Notes: generated from the letters alone by a model not told the origin. A stretch of 43,043 bases of DNA from Saprolegnia diclina VS20 (GCF_000281045.1 NW_008246073.1:969560-1012602), one strand, 5' to 3'; shown: positions 11,167-23,297, counted from the first letter of the stretch. A program made the numbers and translations.

Positions 11167-11347
11167 CCTTTGTCGATTGCAAATATGTTGATGGTGGCAT
11201 ATTTTTGGCGGGAAACGAAAAACCGAATTCCGTGCTATGTCAAGGGGTAGGTTTCCATCGCACCATCTGTCGATGTCGGCAAAGTAGCGTGTCCTTGATG
11301 CGCATAGCCTTTGTGTAAGACGCAGTGCAGTGTATTCTGTGGTAGAG

Positions 11348-14284
11348 TTACTCGAGGTCGGCAAACAAATCGTCGTCTTCGAGTGGCGCGGGCACGTCGA
11401 CGACGACTGTCGGCTCTGTCGGCGCGGCGACGACGCCATGCAAGAACGCCTACATAGGACCCGTCGCGTCACTATATAGGGGTGGTAGAGACTATACATG
11501 CGCGTCCGATGGCGTCACGTCCGTCGTCGGATCGTCTTTGGTGCTGAGGAGCGTCACGTTGTGCGTTTCGAGGAGCGACCACACGGGTGAGAGGTACCAC
11601 GCGTCCTTGAGCGTTTGTAAAAACGCGTTAAAGGACGCCGAGTAGTGGATCTACGCAAAAAAGGACAGTGGTTCAACGTCGAGGCGAGCTGCAGCTACCT
11701 CGGGCGACCGACGGCGAAAGTGCAAGAGGCACTGCAACGCTTTGGCGTGGTACGCACTTTCTTGGCCAAAGAGAGTTGCAATCTGGTCCTGCATGCCCGA
11801 GACCGCTACACAGTGGATCGTTGACGTTGGGAATAGTACAATAGTGCAAGCGAGTTACCCGTGTGCGCCTTGGCCACCTTGTTGTGCTTGGCAGACAAGA
11901 GGGCTTCAAAGTCCGAGATCGGGTTCATCGACCCAACGCTCGTCACGTCTTCACCCCCCAAGAGGTCCTATCACCTCCATGCATACACACCGTCGACACA
12001 GCTCGTTGGTCGTACGTCCAGGTCAAACTCGTCGTCGTCGTCACCACCGCCACTGGGCTCGGCGACAGCCGCGTCGTCGCCCGCCAACGGCTCGTCCTTG
12101 ATTGCTGCATTCTTGTTGGCGTCGCTCCAGAAGAACTTTTTCTTTTGGTCTTTGGCCTTGACCGCTTCCTTGAGCTGGAACGCCGCGTTAAAGCTCTGGA
12201 TGCTCGGGAGTGCGGCCGTAAAGAGCTCCTTGTCTTCGCGAAGGTACCTGCGCGCGTCGTTATGTACAAACCATCAACAAGCAGCAAGGATCGTACCGCT
12301 CAACGTACGGCGGGAGCGACGCGACGGGGCAATGCGGGTCCTCGGCGCGCTTCGGAATCGTGTCATAAAAGCGCTGCAAGGACGGGCAAAACGCTTTGCT
12401 GTGGAGCTGCCTACGCCGTATCGCATATGTACACGCGTTTGTATCAACCACGCGCGTCCTACTGCTTGTCGCTCGGCAGCATGAGCGCGTCGACGAGCGC
12501 GTCCGCCACGTCTTGCTGTTCTATGACACACGTGACGCGGCGACGCCCAAGCACAGAAGCGCACCTTTGGTCGGCGTCGCCTTGGGTACGCGCAACGACG
12601 GAAACTCGTACTGCCGCATGTCTTCTTCGAACGGAATCTGCTGCAACCAGAGGCAGCGCAAGCGCCCGTCCTTCCCGCCGCACGTATCTACGCCGTCTTT
12701 TGTCAAAAAAGAAGAGCGAGATTGCCGTGTACTGGGGATCAAGACGACGACCTTGGGCGCGGCGTTCGCACGGGCGACGAACCGAGCGATCGCGACCTTC
12801 TTCTCATCGGCCATGGCGCGCACGAGGGCTGCGAGGGCCTCTTGCGCGCGGGGCTTTGTAAAGTCCCCAAACACGGCGTCCGTGTTGCTCATATACATCG
12901 AACCTAGTACCGACTAGAATGATATCGCGTCGCCAAGACGATAGAGCTGCGTACGGTCCACGCAGTCGCGCGGGAGAAACCCGAGGATCTTGAGGCTGCG
13001 CGTCGTCTCGAGCTTGAGCGAGGCTTGATCCGCTGTCGAAAATGGAATCTAGACACCGCCCACTAGTAGTAACCAAGCGCCGAGCGCACAGCCGTGGAAT
13101 ACCATCTCGGACCCATACTTGTAGGCTTTAATGCGCGCTTCGGGCGCGACTTCTTCGTCGGGCTTGGACTAGATGCCGCAGGAATTCTGTCTGCATGTAT
13201 AGAAATAGAGGCGTCGTCTACCTGGCTGTGGTAGAGACGATCCATCTTGACCTTGCCGACGCCGGGCTCGCCGACAGTCGACTCTTTTGCGAGCGTCGGC
13301 AACCGTTGCTCGAGGGTTTTCGAAAAGACGTAGGTTGGGATCTGCAGCGTCGCGCCAAACTCCAAGTTGCCGCGAAACTTGGTCGTCTATTGCAGGTTCG
13401 TATCCTTGTCCATACATCGATCGTATGTCTACTTGGTTCACAGTCCTGGTCTTGCCCTGGGCGAGAAAGTCGATGCGCTTCGAGACCGACATGAGGTCGC
13501 CATGCACTTCGTTGACGATCGAGAGCAGCATCTTCTCATTCTCGAGCTACGAGGACGCTATAAACTGCCGATTCTCATCGTGGCGATGATCGTGTACCTT
13601 GATATGGTGCTTCTCCTCGGGCTTGACGGCCAGCGGCTCGATCTTGGTCACATCCGTGATGCTAAAGTCGATACCACTAATACCCAGATTGACTAAGTTG
13701 ATGATAACAGAGACGGAAGACACGTGTACATGATCTGGAGCTGGACGTCCATGTTCTGGACCATGGAGCACACGACCTCCATGTCGGCCGGGTTGGCGAT
13801 CGGCGTCGCCGCGTCCGTCACGACGACGAGACGCTTCTCGTACTTCTTCTTGTCTGTGCGCCGGATGAGCAAGTCGAGCGCGACGATGATGCCATCCAAG
13901 ATGTCGGCCTTGGTGTCGCTCGATGCGGCTTGGGCCGACGCCATGGTCTCGGCGACGCGCGTCGAGACTTCGTCGAGGTTGGTCAAGACCTGCACGTGCT
14001 CGTAGCCGCCTTGCGTCTCGTGCAGATGGTTCTCGGTTCCCTCGGTGCCATACATGACGATACCGACCTCGTCGTGCTTCCGGAAGAGCATCTTCTGCGA
14101 GAGGATGCTCTGGACCGCTGTCTTGGCCGCGTCAAAGCGCGACCCGACCACGGCCTTCCGAGTCGTCTCGTTCAGGGGCTCGCGCATGGAGACGCCAGCG
14201 TCCAGGACGATCATCATGGCTTCCTACGCAGCCGTCGTCGTCCATCTCGATGGGCCCATGCGCGTCTACCTTGCTGCGGGACAT
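11348..14284 (-). CDS. KU80: Ku80, NHEJ DNA end-binding subunit (multi-exon)
   Basis: MSRSK|EAMMIVLDAGVSM vWA domain with HDEVGIVMYGTEGTEN, ADILDGIIVALD and KRLVVVTD. Core motifs AYKYG, LKILGF, ALAALVRAM..KKVAIARFV and QQIPFEEDMRQYEFPSL. The C-terminal domain ends EDDDLFADLE*, like the Ku80 DNA-PKcs-binding tail. Many short GT-AG introns. Confidence 0.93.
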
Positions 14285-14371
14285 GGTGGTGGTCAAGTTG
14301 CAATTTCGAATGCAAAATCCTTGTGGTTGGATATCCGGATAATCACGGCGTAACCGGACATGTGGCCAACG

Positions 14372-15320
14372 NNNNNNNNNNNNNNNNNNNNNNNNNNNNN
14401 NNNNNNNNNNNNNNNNNNNNNNNNNNNNNNNNNNNNNNNNNNNNNNNNNNNNNNNNNNNNNNNNNNNNNNNNNNNNNNNNNNNNNNNNNNNNNNNNNNNN
14501 NNNNNNNNNNNNNNNNNNNNNNNNNNNNNNNNNNNNNNNNNNNNNNNNNNNNNNNNNNNNNNNNNNNNNNNNNNNNNNNNNNNNNNNNNNNNNNNNNNNN
14601 NNNNNNNNNNNNNNNNNNNNNNNNNNNNNNNNNNNNNNNNNNNNNNNNNNNNNNNNNNNNNNNNNNNNNNNNNNNNNNNNNNNNNNNNNNNNNNNNNNNN
14701 NNNNNNNNNNNNNNNNNNNNNNNNNNNNNNNNNNNNNNNNNNNNNNNNNNNNNNNNNNNNNNNNNNNNNNNNNNNNNNNNNNNNNNNNNNNNNNNNNNNN
14801 NNNNNNNNNNNNNNNNNNNNNNNNNNNNNNNNNNNNNNNNNNNNNNNNNNNNNNNNNNNNNNNNNNNNNNNNNNNNNNNNNNNNNNNNNNNNNNNNNNNN
14901 NNNNNNNNNNNNNNNNNNNNNNNNNNNNNNNNNNNNNNNNNNNNNNNNNNNNNNNNNNNNNNNNNNNNNNNNNNNNNNNNNNNNNNNNNNNNNNNNNNNN
15001 NNNNNNNNNNNNNNNNNNNNNNNNNNNNNNNNNNNNNNNNNNNNNNNNNNNNNNNNNNNNNNNNNNNNNNNNNNNNNNNNNNNNNNNNNNNNNNNNNNNN
15101 NNNNNNNNNNNNNNNNNNNNNNNNNNNNNNNNNNNNNNNNNNNNNNNNNNNNNNNNNNNNNNNNNNNNNNNNNNNNNNNNNNNNNNNNNNNNNNNNNNNN
15201 NNNNNNNNNNNNNNNNNNNNNNNNNNNNNNNNNNNNNNNNNNNNNNNNNNNNNNNNNNNNNNNNNNNNNNNNNNNNNNNNNNNNNNNNNNNNNNNNNNNN
15301 NNNNNNNNNNNNNNNNNNNN
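14372..15320. other. Assembly gap (949 N)
   Basis: Run of N characters. Confidence 1.
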
Positions 15321-15559
15321 GCGCTCTCGCCGTGCTCCAGTGCATCGACTCGACGACGGCCGCCAGCGAGACCCAGAACCTGCGCGCCACGTGGGGCGGC
15401 GGTGGCGGTGGCATCGACCTCGGCGGCGCCATCAGCAGCCTCGTCCAAAACTGCCTCAACGGCTACGGTCTCTTCAACGGCGGCGGCGGTGGCGGTGGCT
15501 GGGGCGGCCAAGGCACTGCTAACACCAACACCAACGGCGGTGGTGGCGGCTGGGCCTAG
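15321..15559 (+). CDS. Small secreted glycine-rich protein, copy B (5' end lost in the gap)
   Basis: Visible part ALAVLQCIDS...GGGGGWA* is identical in protein to copy A, in the opposite orientation. Confidence 0.75.
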
Positions 15560-15946
15560 GCATCTCTCATCGTCGTTTCGTGCATCGTCACTATCTACTT
15601 ACTATGTCAATATACGTCCTCACTTTTTCCACAACTGGAAACTACTTGTACTAAAACACCCAACTACAGTCGCTAGCTATGGTCGCTAGCTCGCGCGTCG
15701 AGTCTTGCAACAGTGGCATATATTCTTACAAGCTATATGTTATTTACGCACTTCACAGTGCGATCGTGTGAACTTGAAAATGACATCTGCGCAAAGATCG
15801 CGGCCGAAGCTTTGGCTCCAAAGTGCAAGTTCGCGCACCTCAGGTTCGCCCCGTGCCCCATACATTCATAATAAAAATAGCTTGGTTTCAATATGGTGTC
15901 GCACGCGATCAAAATAAAATTGCCAGACAGGCAGCAAAGATACAAA

Positions 15947-17641
15947 ATGCCCAAGCTGGCGTCCGCAGCCGCCTGCCTCGTGGCCATCTACCCACTGGCG
16001 ATGCTCGCCTGCCTCGAGTCGCTCTCGTACGGCCTCCTCGTGCCCGTGCTGCCCATCACGACGACCGAGGTACGTCCAGCGTCGTCAACGAGCCTCAAGT
16101 TCGCGCCTCTAGTACTTTGCCCGCAAGGCCAACCATGGCGTGCCCATCGACTGCGTCCGCAACCACACCGCCAGCGTACGCTACGCCTACGGAGCCTAGC
16201 CCACGCTGTTTGTAGGTGTGCATTGCGGGCTCGCGTCAGGCCAACCTCTGGTCGAGCGCCACGTCGTCGGCCGGGTCCATCGTGAGCTTCCTCCTCGCGC
16301 CGCTCGTGGGCCAGAGCTCCGACATTTACGGCCGCAAGGTAGCCTTCTCTACTGATGTATCATGGTATACTCAAGTGTACACTGGGTAGCCGTTTATCGT
16401 GCTGGCCCAAGTGCTGCATGTGGTCTACCCGTTCACGGTGCTGCTCTTCAACGACTACAACCAAGACATTCTCTTCTACTTTATCACGAAATTTGTCTAC
16501 AACGCCTACCTGTATTATCGCTAAATTCAAATGTTGTACAAATGTGTCATTAGGTCCGGCTCGGTCTTTGCCGCGTGCGTCGCCGACGTCATTGCGCCGC
16601 AGAACCGAGCGACTGGTAGTCCTCTGGGCGACGAAAGAAGACTAACTTTTACATCATTGTGTAGCGTTCGGTGCTCTCTTTGCCGTCGGGTCACTCTCGT
16701 ACTCGCTAGCGATCGCCTTGACCCAGCACCTTTCGACGGTACACGCCCTTCTCTACCTCTCGAGCCTGAACCAGATTTATGTCTAGTACCAAATTCTGGT
16801 CACGTCGTGCGGCTTCTACGTCCTTCGACTGATCTGGAGTCTGGTGTGCATCTCCGAGACGCTACCCAAGCGCGTCGCCAAGCACGCATCGAAAACCGCG
16901 TCGCTCAACCCCTTTGTGGCTATGGGCATCCTTCTCCAGACGCCGCTCTTCCGCGGTCTCTCGATCATCATAGCGCTCTCCACCTTTGTCTCGTCGGGCT
17001 TGATGAGCTACCGCACCTTCTACTTCAACGTACTCGTCTCGTTCTCTGTCATGTTGCAATTGATATCTTGATAGAATGTACTCGGATTTGACAAGAACGG
17101 GATTGCGACCTTTATGCTGCTCGTGGGCGTGAGCTCGATGGTCGCCCAAGGCGTCCTCCTCCAGCCGCTCATCTCTGTGCTCCGAGAAAAAGGCGTCCTC
17201 GTCCTCTCGCTGATTGCGTATACGGGCATGGCGGGCATGTACCTCCTCTCGCTCCTCACGCATGACACCCTCTGGATCTTTGTCTGCGCCGTGCTCTCGG
17301 GCCTCGGTGACATTGGGTTTGCGGCCATCTCGTCGCTCAAGTCGATCCACGTGAGCGCGTTGGACCAAGGCCATGTCCAAGGCGCGGTCTACGGCGTCCG
17401 CGCGTTCGCCACTGCGCTCGGACCCCTTGCGTACTCGACGCTCTATGCGACGCTCTCGACCAAGAGTGAGAGCGAGCAAGCCGTGCCGTTTGTGCTTTCG
17501 CTGGTGCTCTATGCGGCGTCGGTCGTCGTCGCCTGCAAGCTGCGCGTCGGCGCCACACCAACGTTTGTAGATACCGAGAGCAGCACCGAAGACGAGTCGG
17601 GTCGCGTGCCGCTGCTCTTTGACGAAGAGCTCGCGCCGTAA
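15947..17641 (+). CDS. Major facilitator superfamily transporter (TetA/HIAT1-MFSD14-like, multi-exon)
   Basis: Multiple TM segments, MFS motif A (PLVGQSSDIYGRK), FAACVAD, and C-terminal half DQGHVQGAVYGVRAFATALGP. The tail has an acidic dileucine-like ESGRVPLL. Short GT-AG introns. Confidence 0.85.
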
Positions 17642-18293
17642 GACAAAACATTGGTGCTGTCAACTCGAATGATTTTGCCTCGGGTGTTCTATCGTGAGAA
17701 GCTATGATATGATGGACACAACGACAAGAGGATCAGCGCAGAAGGGTTCTACCCGCTGGAGGTGACGAGGAGGTGTCGATGGGGACGTCGACGAGTCCGG
17801 CGCTGACTTGACGACCTGCACCAGTAGCCGACAAAAGTTGTCGCAAAGCCTACACCGACTTCTGTGTCACAATAAGAAATGAGAGGCGCTCTACCTGTGC
17901 GACGAGCTACGAGAACCCTAACCCGAACTCAAGTCCGGTCCACCATCCCGTCGCCAGTGGTTCGCCATCATGGACCGCCATAGGACGTTAATGACCAAAG
18001 AGTGGGCATCGTAAGCAGACAGTGTCTTCGCCACGGAGCGCTATGCGCCGTCTCGATGGACGCAAGTAGGTACACGCGATCGAGGGTTGTCGATCGTGCA
18101 CGTGAGCGTGCCACGTCACTGGTGTCGATAAGCCTACTGACTTGGACGTCAAGTCGACGAGTACAGTGAGGGTTGTGGTTGCCAACTGTGCTCGGCTCGG
18201 TCTCTGGTACCTATCTTTCTAACTAGTAATACTATTGATCATTACACTACGTGGCGCATATCTGTTCTACATCGATATCTCGTCGACAACTAA

Positions 18294-21200
18294 CTAGGCC
18301 GATGCACCTTCGACCGGCGCCTCCGTGGTGTTGAGCTGGCGGTACTGCTCCGTCACGGCCGCGCGGCGGCGGTCGTCCATGAGCTGTTGCTGCAGCGCGA
18401 GCTTGCGGAGGTGTTCGCGGAGGTCCTTGCAGCGCGGCACCGAGCACTCGGCGTTGCGGCACTGGCGCGCGTGGATCTGCAGTAGCGCCCAGACGCGCCG
18501 GCAAATCGTGCAGCCGCCGGTCGCCCGGAGCTTGCAGTTGCCGCCGTGCCGCAGCAGCTCCTTCATCTTTTCGCAGTTGAGCGACGTGCAGTTGCCCTTC
18601 TCCGCGTTGCAGCTGCTCGCGTGCACCAGCAGCTGCATGTGCAGCGCAATGCTCTTGGCGCGCTCTTCCCGCGCCTTGCGCATCGTCTCGTTGAGCGTCC
18701 CGATGGCCTCGAGGATGTGGACGTGGACTTGGGCCTTCTTGGTGTGGCACGACTCGCACACGTCGTAGTCGGGGCACGTGTTGCAGTGCCAGCGCGTGCC
18801 CGACGTGATGTCGGCCGAGCACACGTTGCAGCTATACACATACCCGTTCGGCGGCTGCCCCACGTGGTACAACGTCATCATGGACGTGTGCTTGGCCCGT
18901 CGGAGGTCGTCAAACTGGTAGTGGTTGGCTTGGCAGAGCGAGAGGAACGCTTGGCGCGTGTCAAACACCTCGCTCTCCACGAGCTCGTCCGGGTCGACAC
19001 ACTTGTCTCGGAGCACGAGCGGCAGCGGTGTGGGCACCCACGCGGCCTCGGGCAGCGGGCTCGCTTGGTAGCAGCTGTCGCAGACAAACGCCGCCGACGT
19101 CTTGGGGGCCGGCTTGGTTTCCTTCCAGACGGTGCCCGCGCCCACGACGCTCTTGCAATTCTTGCAGCACGGAAAGAGGTTGACGACGAGGAAGTCTTCC
19201 TTCATTGGCTTGATGACTTCGCCGAGCTTGGCCATGAGCGGGTCCGAAAAATCGATGACCTCGGCCTCGCTCTTGTCCTTGTCCTTGCCCTGGCGCTTGT
19301 TGGGTTTCGAGAGCTTGTTGATGCTGGCCTTGGCCGGCTTCTTCGTCTTGACGTCCGCCTTCTCTTCTTCGTCCATCTTCTCGATGAGGTCTTCGGCGAG
19401 ACCGACCCAGTAGTCGCCTTCAAAGTACGGCAGCGCCATCGGCGACGCACCCGCGTGACTCCAATACTCGTCGTACATGTTGTGGATGTCGACAACGATG
19501 CCTTCTTCCTTGGCCTTGAGCAGCATCTGCACGTACCACTGCCGGAGCCGGTCGCTCTTTGGTGTCTTCTGCGACTCGGGGTGGCAATACAAGATGTAGT
19601 CGTCGCCTTTGAGCGGCGGACACGCCCAAATGTGCGCCGTGTGGAAGCCGCGCTGCTTGACAAACTCGAGGTACCCGATGAGGATCTCGTGGTACACCTT
19701 GGTGCGCAAATGGACCGGCTCGAGGTAGTTGACCGAGTCGAGGTACGACACGTACACGCGGCGCTGGTTGGCCGCACTCTCTTGCTCGTCAAACTCGTGC
19801 ACGTACATGCCAAAAAGAAGCACCGACACGCCGTGCGTCTCTTGAAACATGCAGAGGCACTTGGACTTGAACCGGTGCTCGGACGGGATTTTGTGCTCCT
19901 TGTAGCGTGCATACATCTTGTCGCGCACGATGAGCTGCTTCTCAATGTTGCTCACTTGGCGGATCACGAGCGCATCGGCCTTGCCCGTCGACGGGTCGGC
20001 CTCGGCCTCCTTGGCGAGCAAATGCTGCACGCGGCGCTCCAAAAAGTCCGAGAGCTTGGACCGCGGCAGGTGCTTGGCTGAAAGCAGTTTCTTCTCGAGC
20101 GGGAATGCCGACGGCGACTTGGCGCGCAGCGAGAGGAGGCACTCGGGGCAGTGGAACGCCGTGCTCATGGTGGTCGTCTTCTCATTGCTCTCGGATCCGG
20201 GCTTGTGGTGGAAGAGCGCGCAGACTTGGTGCACCCACTGGTTGCAGTGGTCGCACTGGACCCATGGCTCTTCGTGGACTTCGTCGTTCTTCTTGCGGAC
20301 AAGCCCACTCTTCTCGTACGGGCCGCCGTCGTTTGATGGCGCCGAGATGGACTCGGGCAGCGCGGGAAAGCAGTTGGTGCAGCAGTGGTACTTGTTGTCC
20401 GGCGCGCAGTAGTAGTAGCAGTTGCGCCGGATCCGCGTGTTGCACTCGCCGTTGCAGTACAGAATCGCGGGCTCAAACACCATCGACTCCATGCCGCAGA
20501 GCTTGCACGCGCCGTCGCGCGCGCGCGCACTGGCCTCGTCGGCCGCGACTTCCTTCTCGACCTTGCTCAGCTCCGCGTTGAAGTCGCCGAGCATGTCCTT
20601 GGCGAGCTGGTGCACGTCCGATTCTTCGTTGTTGTACGTCATTGCATTTCGAAACGTGAGCCGCACGTCGGCTGCAAAGGGCGCCAAATGCTTGTACAAG
20701 TTGGCGTCGAGCTTCTTCTTGATCGTCCCAAAGTCCATGGGCCGCCGGATAATATCAAAGTAGTTGGGGATGTTGAGCGCGATCGGGTCGACCGGCGACG
20801 AAAACACCCACCCAAACTTGTGGTCCATCATGCTCCGAAGCAGCGGCTCGAGCTTCTTCTTGAGCTGCGCGACCGTGAGCGACGCGCAGTGCTGCGACTG
20901 GAGTGACGCCACGTGCGCGCGGATCTCCATGTCGGTCATCTGCGGCAGCATGTACGTCGACGGTGACGCGGCCTCGCCCGGCGGCTCGTCCGCCGGCATC
21001 GCGACCTCGGGCTTGAGCTCGGGCTTCATCTTCTTGGCCGCGGGCTCGGGCTTGGCGTTCTCCGGCGACATGGTTGTCGTCTCGGGCGGCGTTGCGACGG
21101 TCGTGGTTGCTGACGGCGGCGTCGATGCGGGTGCGGGCGGCGTCGGCGGCGTCGAGATTGATGCGGACCGGCTCTGGATCGTGAACGAGATGATCTTGTA

Positions 21201-23297
21201 CTGCGTGAGGCAGCGCTGGTACTTGGCCTTGAAGTCTTGCAGCTGCCGCTGCGCGTCCATGGCTGCGTGCTGGTACCGCTGCCGCGCCGCCGGGTCCATC
21301 GAGCCTTGGAAGAGCTCCATCTGCTTGTTGGCGTCAACCGCGCTCTTCTGCATGTGACTGCGCAGCGACTCGGCCAATGCCTCGAGCTTCTTGCTGTGCG
21401 CATGGAGCTGCTCGGGCGTCCACTCGCTAAAGCGCTTCTTGAGCACCTCGATCTGCTGCTTCTGCTGCAGCATGAGCTGCTGCTGCTGCATCGCGACCAT
21501 GTTGGGCTGCATCATGCCGGGCTGCTGTGGCATCATACCGGGGTGTTGCGGCATCATGCCCGGCTGTTGTGGCATCATACCGGGCTGTTGCGGCATCATA
21601 CCGGGCTGTTGCGGCATCATGCCTGGTTGATGTGGCATCATGCCCGGCTGCGGCTGCATCATGTTGGGCTGCGGTTGCATCATACCAGGATGTTGTGTCA
21701 TCATGCCTGGCTGCGGCTGCATCATGTTGGGCTGCGGCTGCATCATGCCTGGCTGCTGTGGTACCATGCCTGGCTGCTGTGGCACCATACCGGCTTGTTG
21801 CGGCATCATGCCCGGCTGCGGCTGCATCATGCCGGACTGTTGCACGGCGGCCGGCTGCGTCGGCGACGGCTTGGGCGGCTGCGTCGGGGTCTGCAGCAAG
21901 CTCTGCATCGATGTGGACGACGTGTCGATCGACATTTGCGACGCGCTGCGCTTGAGCGTCTCGGGCTTGTTGTTGTCGGCGGCGCGCGGCGTCGCGTTGA
22001 GCTTGGCTTGCTGCTGCGCCTGCTGGAGCTGCCGCAGATGCGTGAGTGCGACCGCGGGGTCCGCGATGAGCTGGCCGGCCGCGTCCTTGGCCTCCAGCGG
22101 CACGCGCACGATCTGGCACACAAGGCACGGCCCGAGGCTGCACTGCTGAAAGTGGCTCAGCAAATACTTGGAGCTAATGCAGTGCTGGACACCGCATTGG
22201 CTCATCTGCCCACACGTCGGCATGTGCGTCCACAGCGTCTTCATCTCGGCGCAGTCCGTCACCTTGCACTCGGCCGAGTGGCACCAAGTCGCGTGCCGCA
22301 ACAGCAACAAGCGGTGGTGCTGCTTGACGAGCATCGGCCGAAACTGCTCGAGCTGCCCCATCATGTGCTGCACTCGCTGGTTGTACTGCGCTGCAGTGGG
22401 CGCGGCGACAAGCGCGGCGATCTGGCCCACGCGCGCACGGAACGTCTGCATGAGATTGCCTTGCGTCGGCACGGGCGTCGGCGTTGCGGGCCGAGACGGC
22501 GTCGATGTCGGCTGCTGCGGCGTCGCCGGCGTGGCCGTCGCTTGCTTCATCGTGTGGAAGCTCCGCGCGACGACTTGTAGCCGCTGCTTGAGCGTGTTTG
22601 GGTCCATGTACTCGGCTTTCGACGCGGCGTTGCGGTACAGCGACTCTTCGAGCTTCTTGGCCATCTGCGGCAGCCGGCGCATCCAGTCGGGCGGCGCGTT
22701 GGGCTTTTGTGACTGGAGAAAGTGAATGATGCGCGTAATGACTTCGCGGCGGCTCGGGTTGTCGTTGGGCGACTGCCATGTCGTTGCCGGGGCCGCGGGC
22801 GTCGGTGGCGCAGACGTTGGTGCCGGCGTCGGCGTCGGTGGCACGCTCGCGGCCGCGTTGGCGTTGGCGTTGGCGTTGGCGGCTTGGAGCATCGCGGCCG
22901 ACTGCGCTGCTTGCTGCTGGTGCGCCATGAGAAGGCGCTGCTGGTGCTGCATCATCATATACTGCTGCTGCTGGAGGTACTGGCGCTGCTGCGGTGTCAT
23001 TTGGCTCATAAATAGTTGCGGGTTCATCTGGAACTGGCTCGAGTACCCCGCGGCGAGCATTGGGTTGAACTGCGCCGCGTACTGCTGCTGCTGCTGCTGC
23101 ATGAGCATCGCGTTGTTCATTTGCGCCGGGTTCATCGCATTGTTGTTGGTGTTGGGCGTCGTGTTGTTGAGCTCGTCCGGAAACTCGATTGCTGCGTCGT
23201 CGCCGCCGGACGCGTCGCCATTGCCGGGCGGGTTGAACTGGTTGCCGTAAAAGAAATTGCTCGCGTCGCCAAAGTCGGTCGCGAAGGCCTTGTCCAT
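18294..23297 (-). CDS. CBP: CBP/p300-type (KAT3) histone acetyltransferase, 1667 aa, intronless
   Basis: Domain order: KIX-like (LPQMAKKLEESLY), TAZ, Q/P-rich region, bromodomain (FSSPVDP..NYFDIIRRPMDFGTI..NAMTYN), RING/PHD (EPWVQCDHCNQWVHQVCALF), HAT (VYVSYLDS, HIWACPPLKGDDYILYCHP, RLRQWY, LPYFEGDYW), ZZ, then TAZ2. Confidence 0.96.
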   Translation of the reverse strand: MDKAFATDFGDASNFFYGNQFNPPGNGDASGGDDAAIEFPDELNNTTPNTNNNAMNPAQMNNAMLMQQQQQQYAAQFNPMLAAGYSSQFQMNPQLFMSQMTPQQRQYLQQQQYMMMQHQQRLLMAHQQQAAQSAAMLQAANANANANAAASVPPTPTPAPTSAPPTPAAPATTWQSPNDNPSRREVITRIIHFLQSQKPNAPPDWMRRLPQMAKKLEESLYRNAASKAEYMDPNTLKQRLQVVARSFHTMKQATATPATPQQPTSTPSRPATPTPVPTQGNLMQTFRARVGQIAALVAAPTAAQYNQRVQHMMGQLEQFRPMLVKQHHRLLLLRHATWCHSAECKVTDCAEMKTLWTHMPTCGQMSQCGVQHCISSKYLLSHFQQCSLGPCLVCQIVRVPLEAKDAAGQLIADPAVALTHLRQLQQAQQQAKLNATPRAADNNKPETLKRSASQMSIDTSSTSMQSLLQTPTQPPKPSPTQPAAVQQSGMMQPQPGMMPQQAGMVPQQPGMVPQQPGMMQPQPNMMQPQPGMMTQHPGMMQPQPNMMQPQPGMMPHQPGMMPQQPGMMPQQPGMMPQQPGMMPQHPGMMPQQPGMMQPNMVAMQQQQLMLQQKQQIEVLKKRFSEWTPEQLHAHSKKLEALAESLRSHMQKSAVDANKQMELFQGSMDPAARQRYQHAAMDAQRQLQDFKAKYQRCLTQYKIISFTIQSRSASISTPPTPPAPASTPPSATTTVATPPETTTMSPENAKPEPAAKKMKPELKPEVAMPADEPPGEAASPSTYMLPQMTDMEIRAHVASLQSQHCASLTVAQLKKKLEPLLRSMMDHKFGWVFSSPVDPIALNIPNYFDIIRRPMDFGTIKKKLDANLYKHLAPFAADVRLTFRNAMTYNNEESDVHQLAKDMLGDFNAELSKVEKEVAADEASARARDGACKLCGMESMVFEPAILYCNGECNTRIRRNCYYYCAPDNKYHCCTNCFPALPESISAPSNDGGPYEKSGLVRKKNDEVHEEPWVQCDHCNQWVHQVCALFHHKPGSESNEKTTTMSTAFHCPECLLSLRAKSPSAFPLEKKLLSAKHLPRSKLSDFLERRVQHLLAKEAEADPSTGKADALVIRQVSNIEKQLIVRDKMYARYKEHKIPSEHRFKSKCLCMFQETHGVSVLLFGMYVHEFDEQESAANQRRVYVSYLDSVNYLEPVHLRTKVYHEILIGYLEFVKQRGFHTAHIWACPPLKGDDYILYCHPESQKTPKSDRLRQWYVQMLLKAKEEGIVVDIHNMYDEYWSHAGASPMALPYFEGDYWVGLAEDLIEKMDEEEKADVKTKKPAKASINKLSKPNKRQGKDKDKSEAEVIDFSDPLMAKLGEVIKPMKEDFLVVNLFPCCKNCKSVVGAGTVWKETKPAPKTSAAFVCDSCYQASPLPEAAWVPTPLPLVLRDKCVDPDELVESEVFDTRQAFLSLCQANHYQFDDLRRAKHTSMMTLYHVGQPPNGYVYSCNVCSADITSGTRWHCNTCPDYDVCESCHTKKAQVHVHILEAIGTLNETMRKAREERAKSIALHMQLLVHASSCNAEKGNCTSLNCEKMKELLRHGGNCKLRATGGCTICRRVWALLQIHARQCRNAECSVPRCKDLREHLRKLALQQQLMDDRRRAAVTEQYRQLNTTEAPVEGASA
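21501..21830 (-). repeat. Coding 21-bp minisatellite in CBP, about 15 heptapeptides of type MMPQQPG/MMQPQPG
   Basis: Counted 15 full units plus a partial one in the translation. Confidence 0.9.

Noticed and set aside
11167..11499. N-terminal extension of the 1898-aa ORF
   Set aside because: It overlaps the last Ku80 intron and exon (ending DDDLFADLE*) in another frame, so the real start is more plausibly 11166.
13930..15559. 388-530 aa ORFs spanning the gap
   Set aside because: They are artefacts of translating through N characters.
21237..23250. Cys-rich or His-rich plus-strand ORFs (CCGIMPG repeats) resembling metallothionein or keratin-associated proteins
   Set aside because: They are antisense shadows of the CBP Gln/Pro/Met repeats (CAG read as CTG/TGC).
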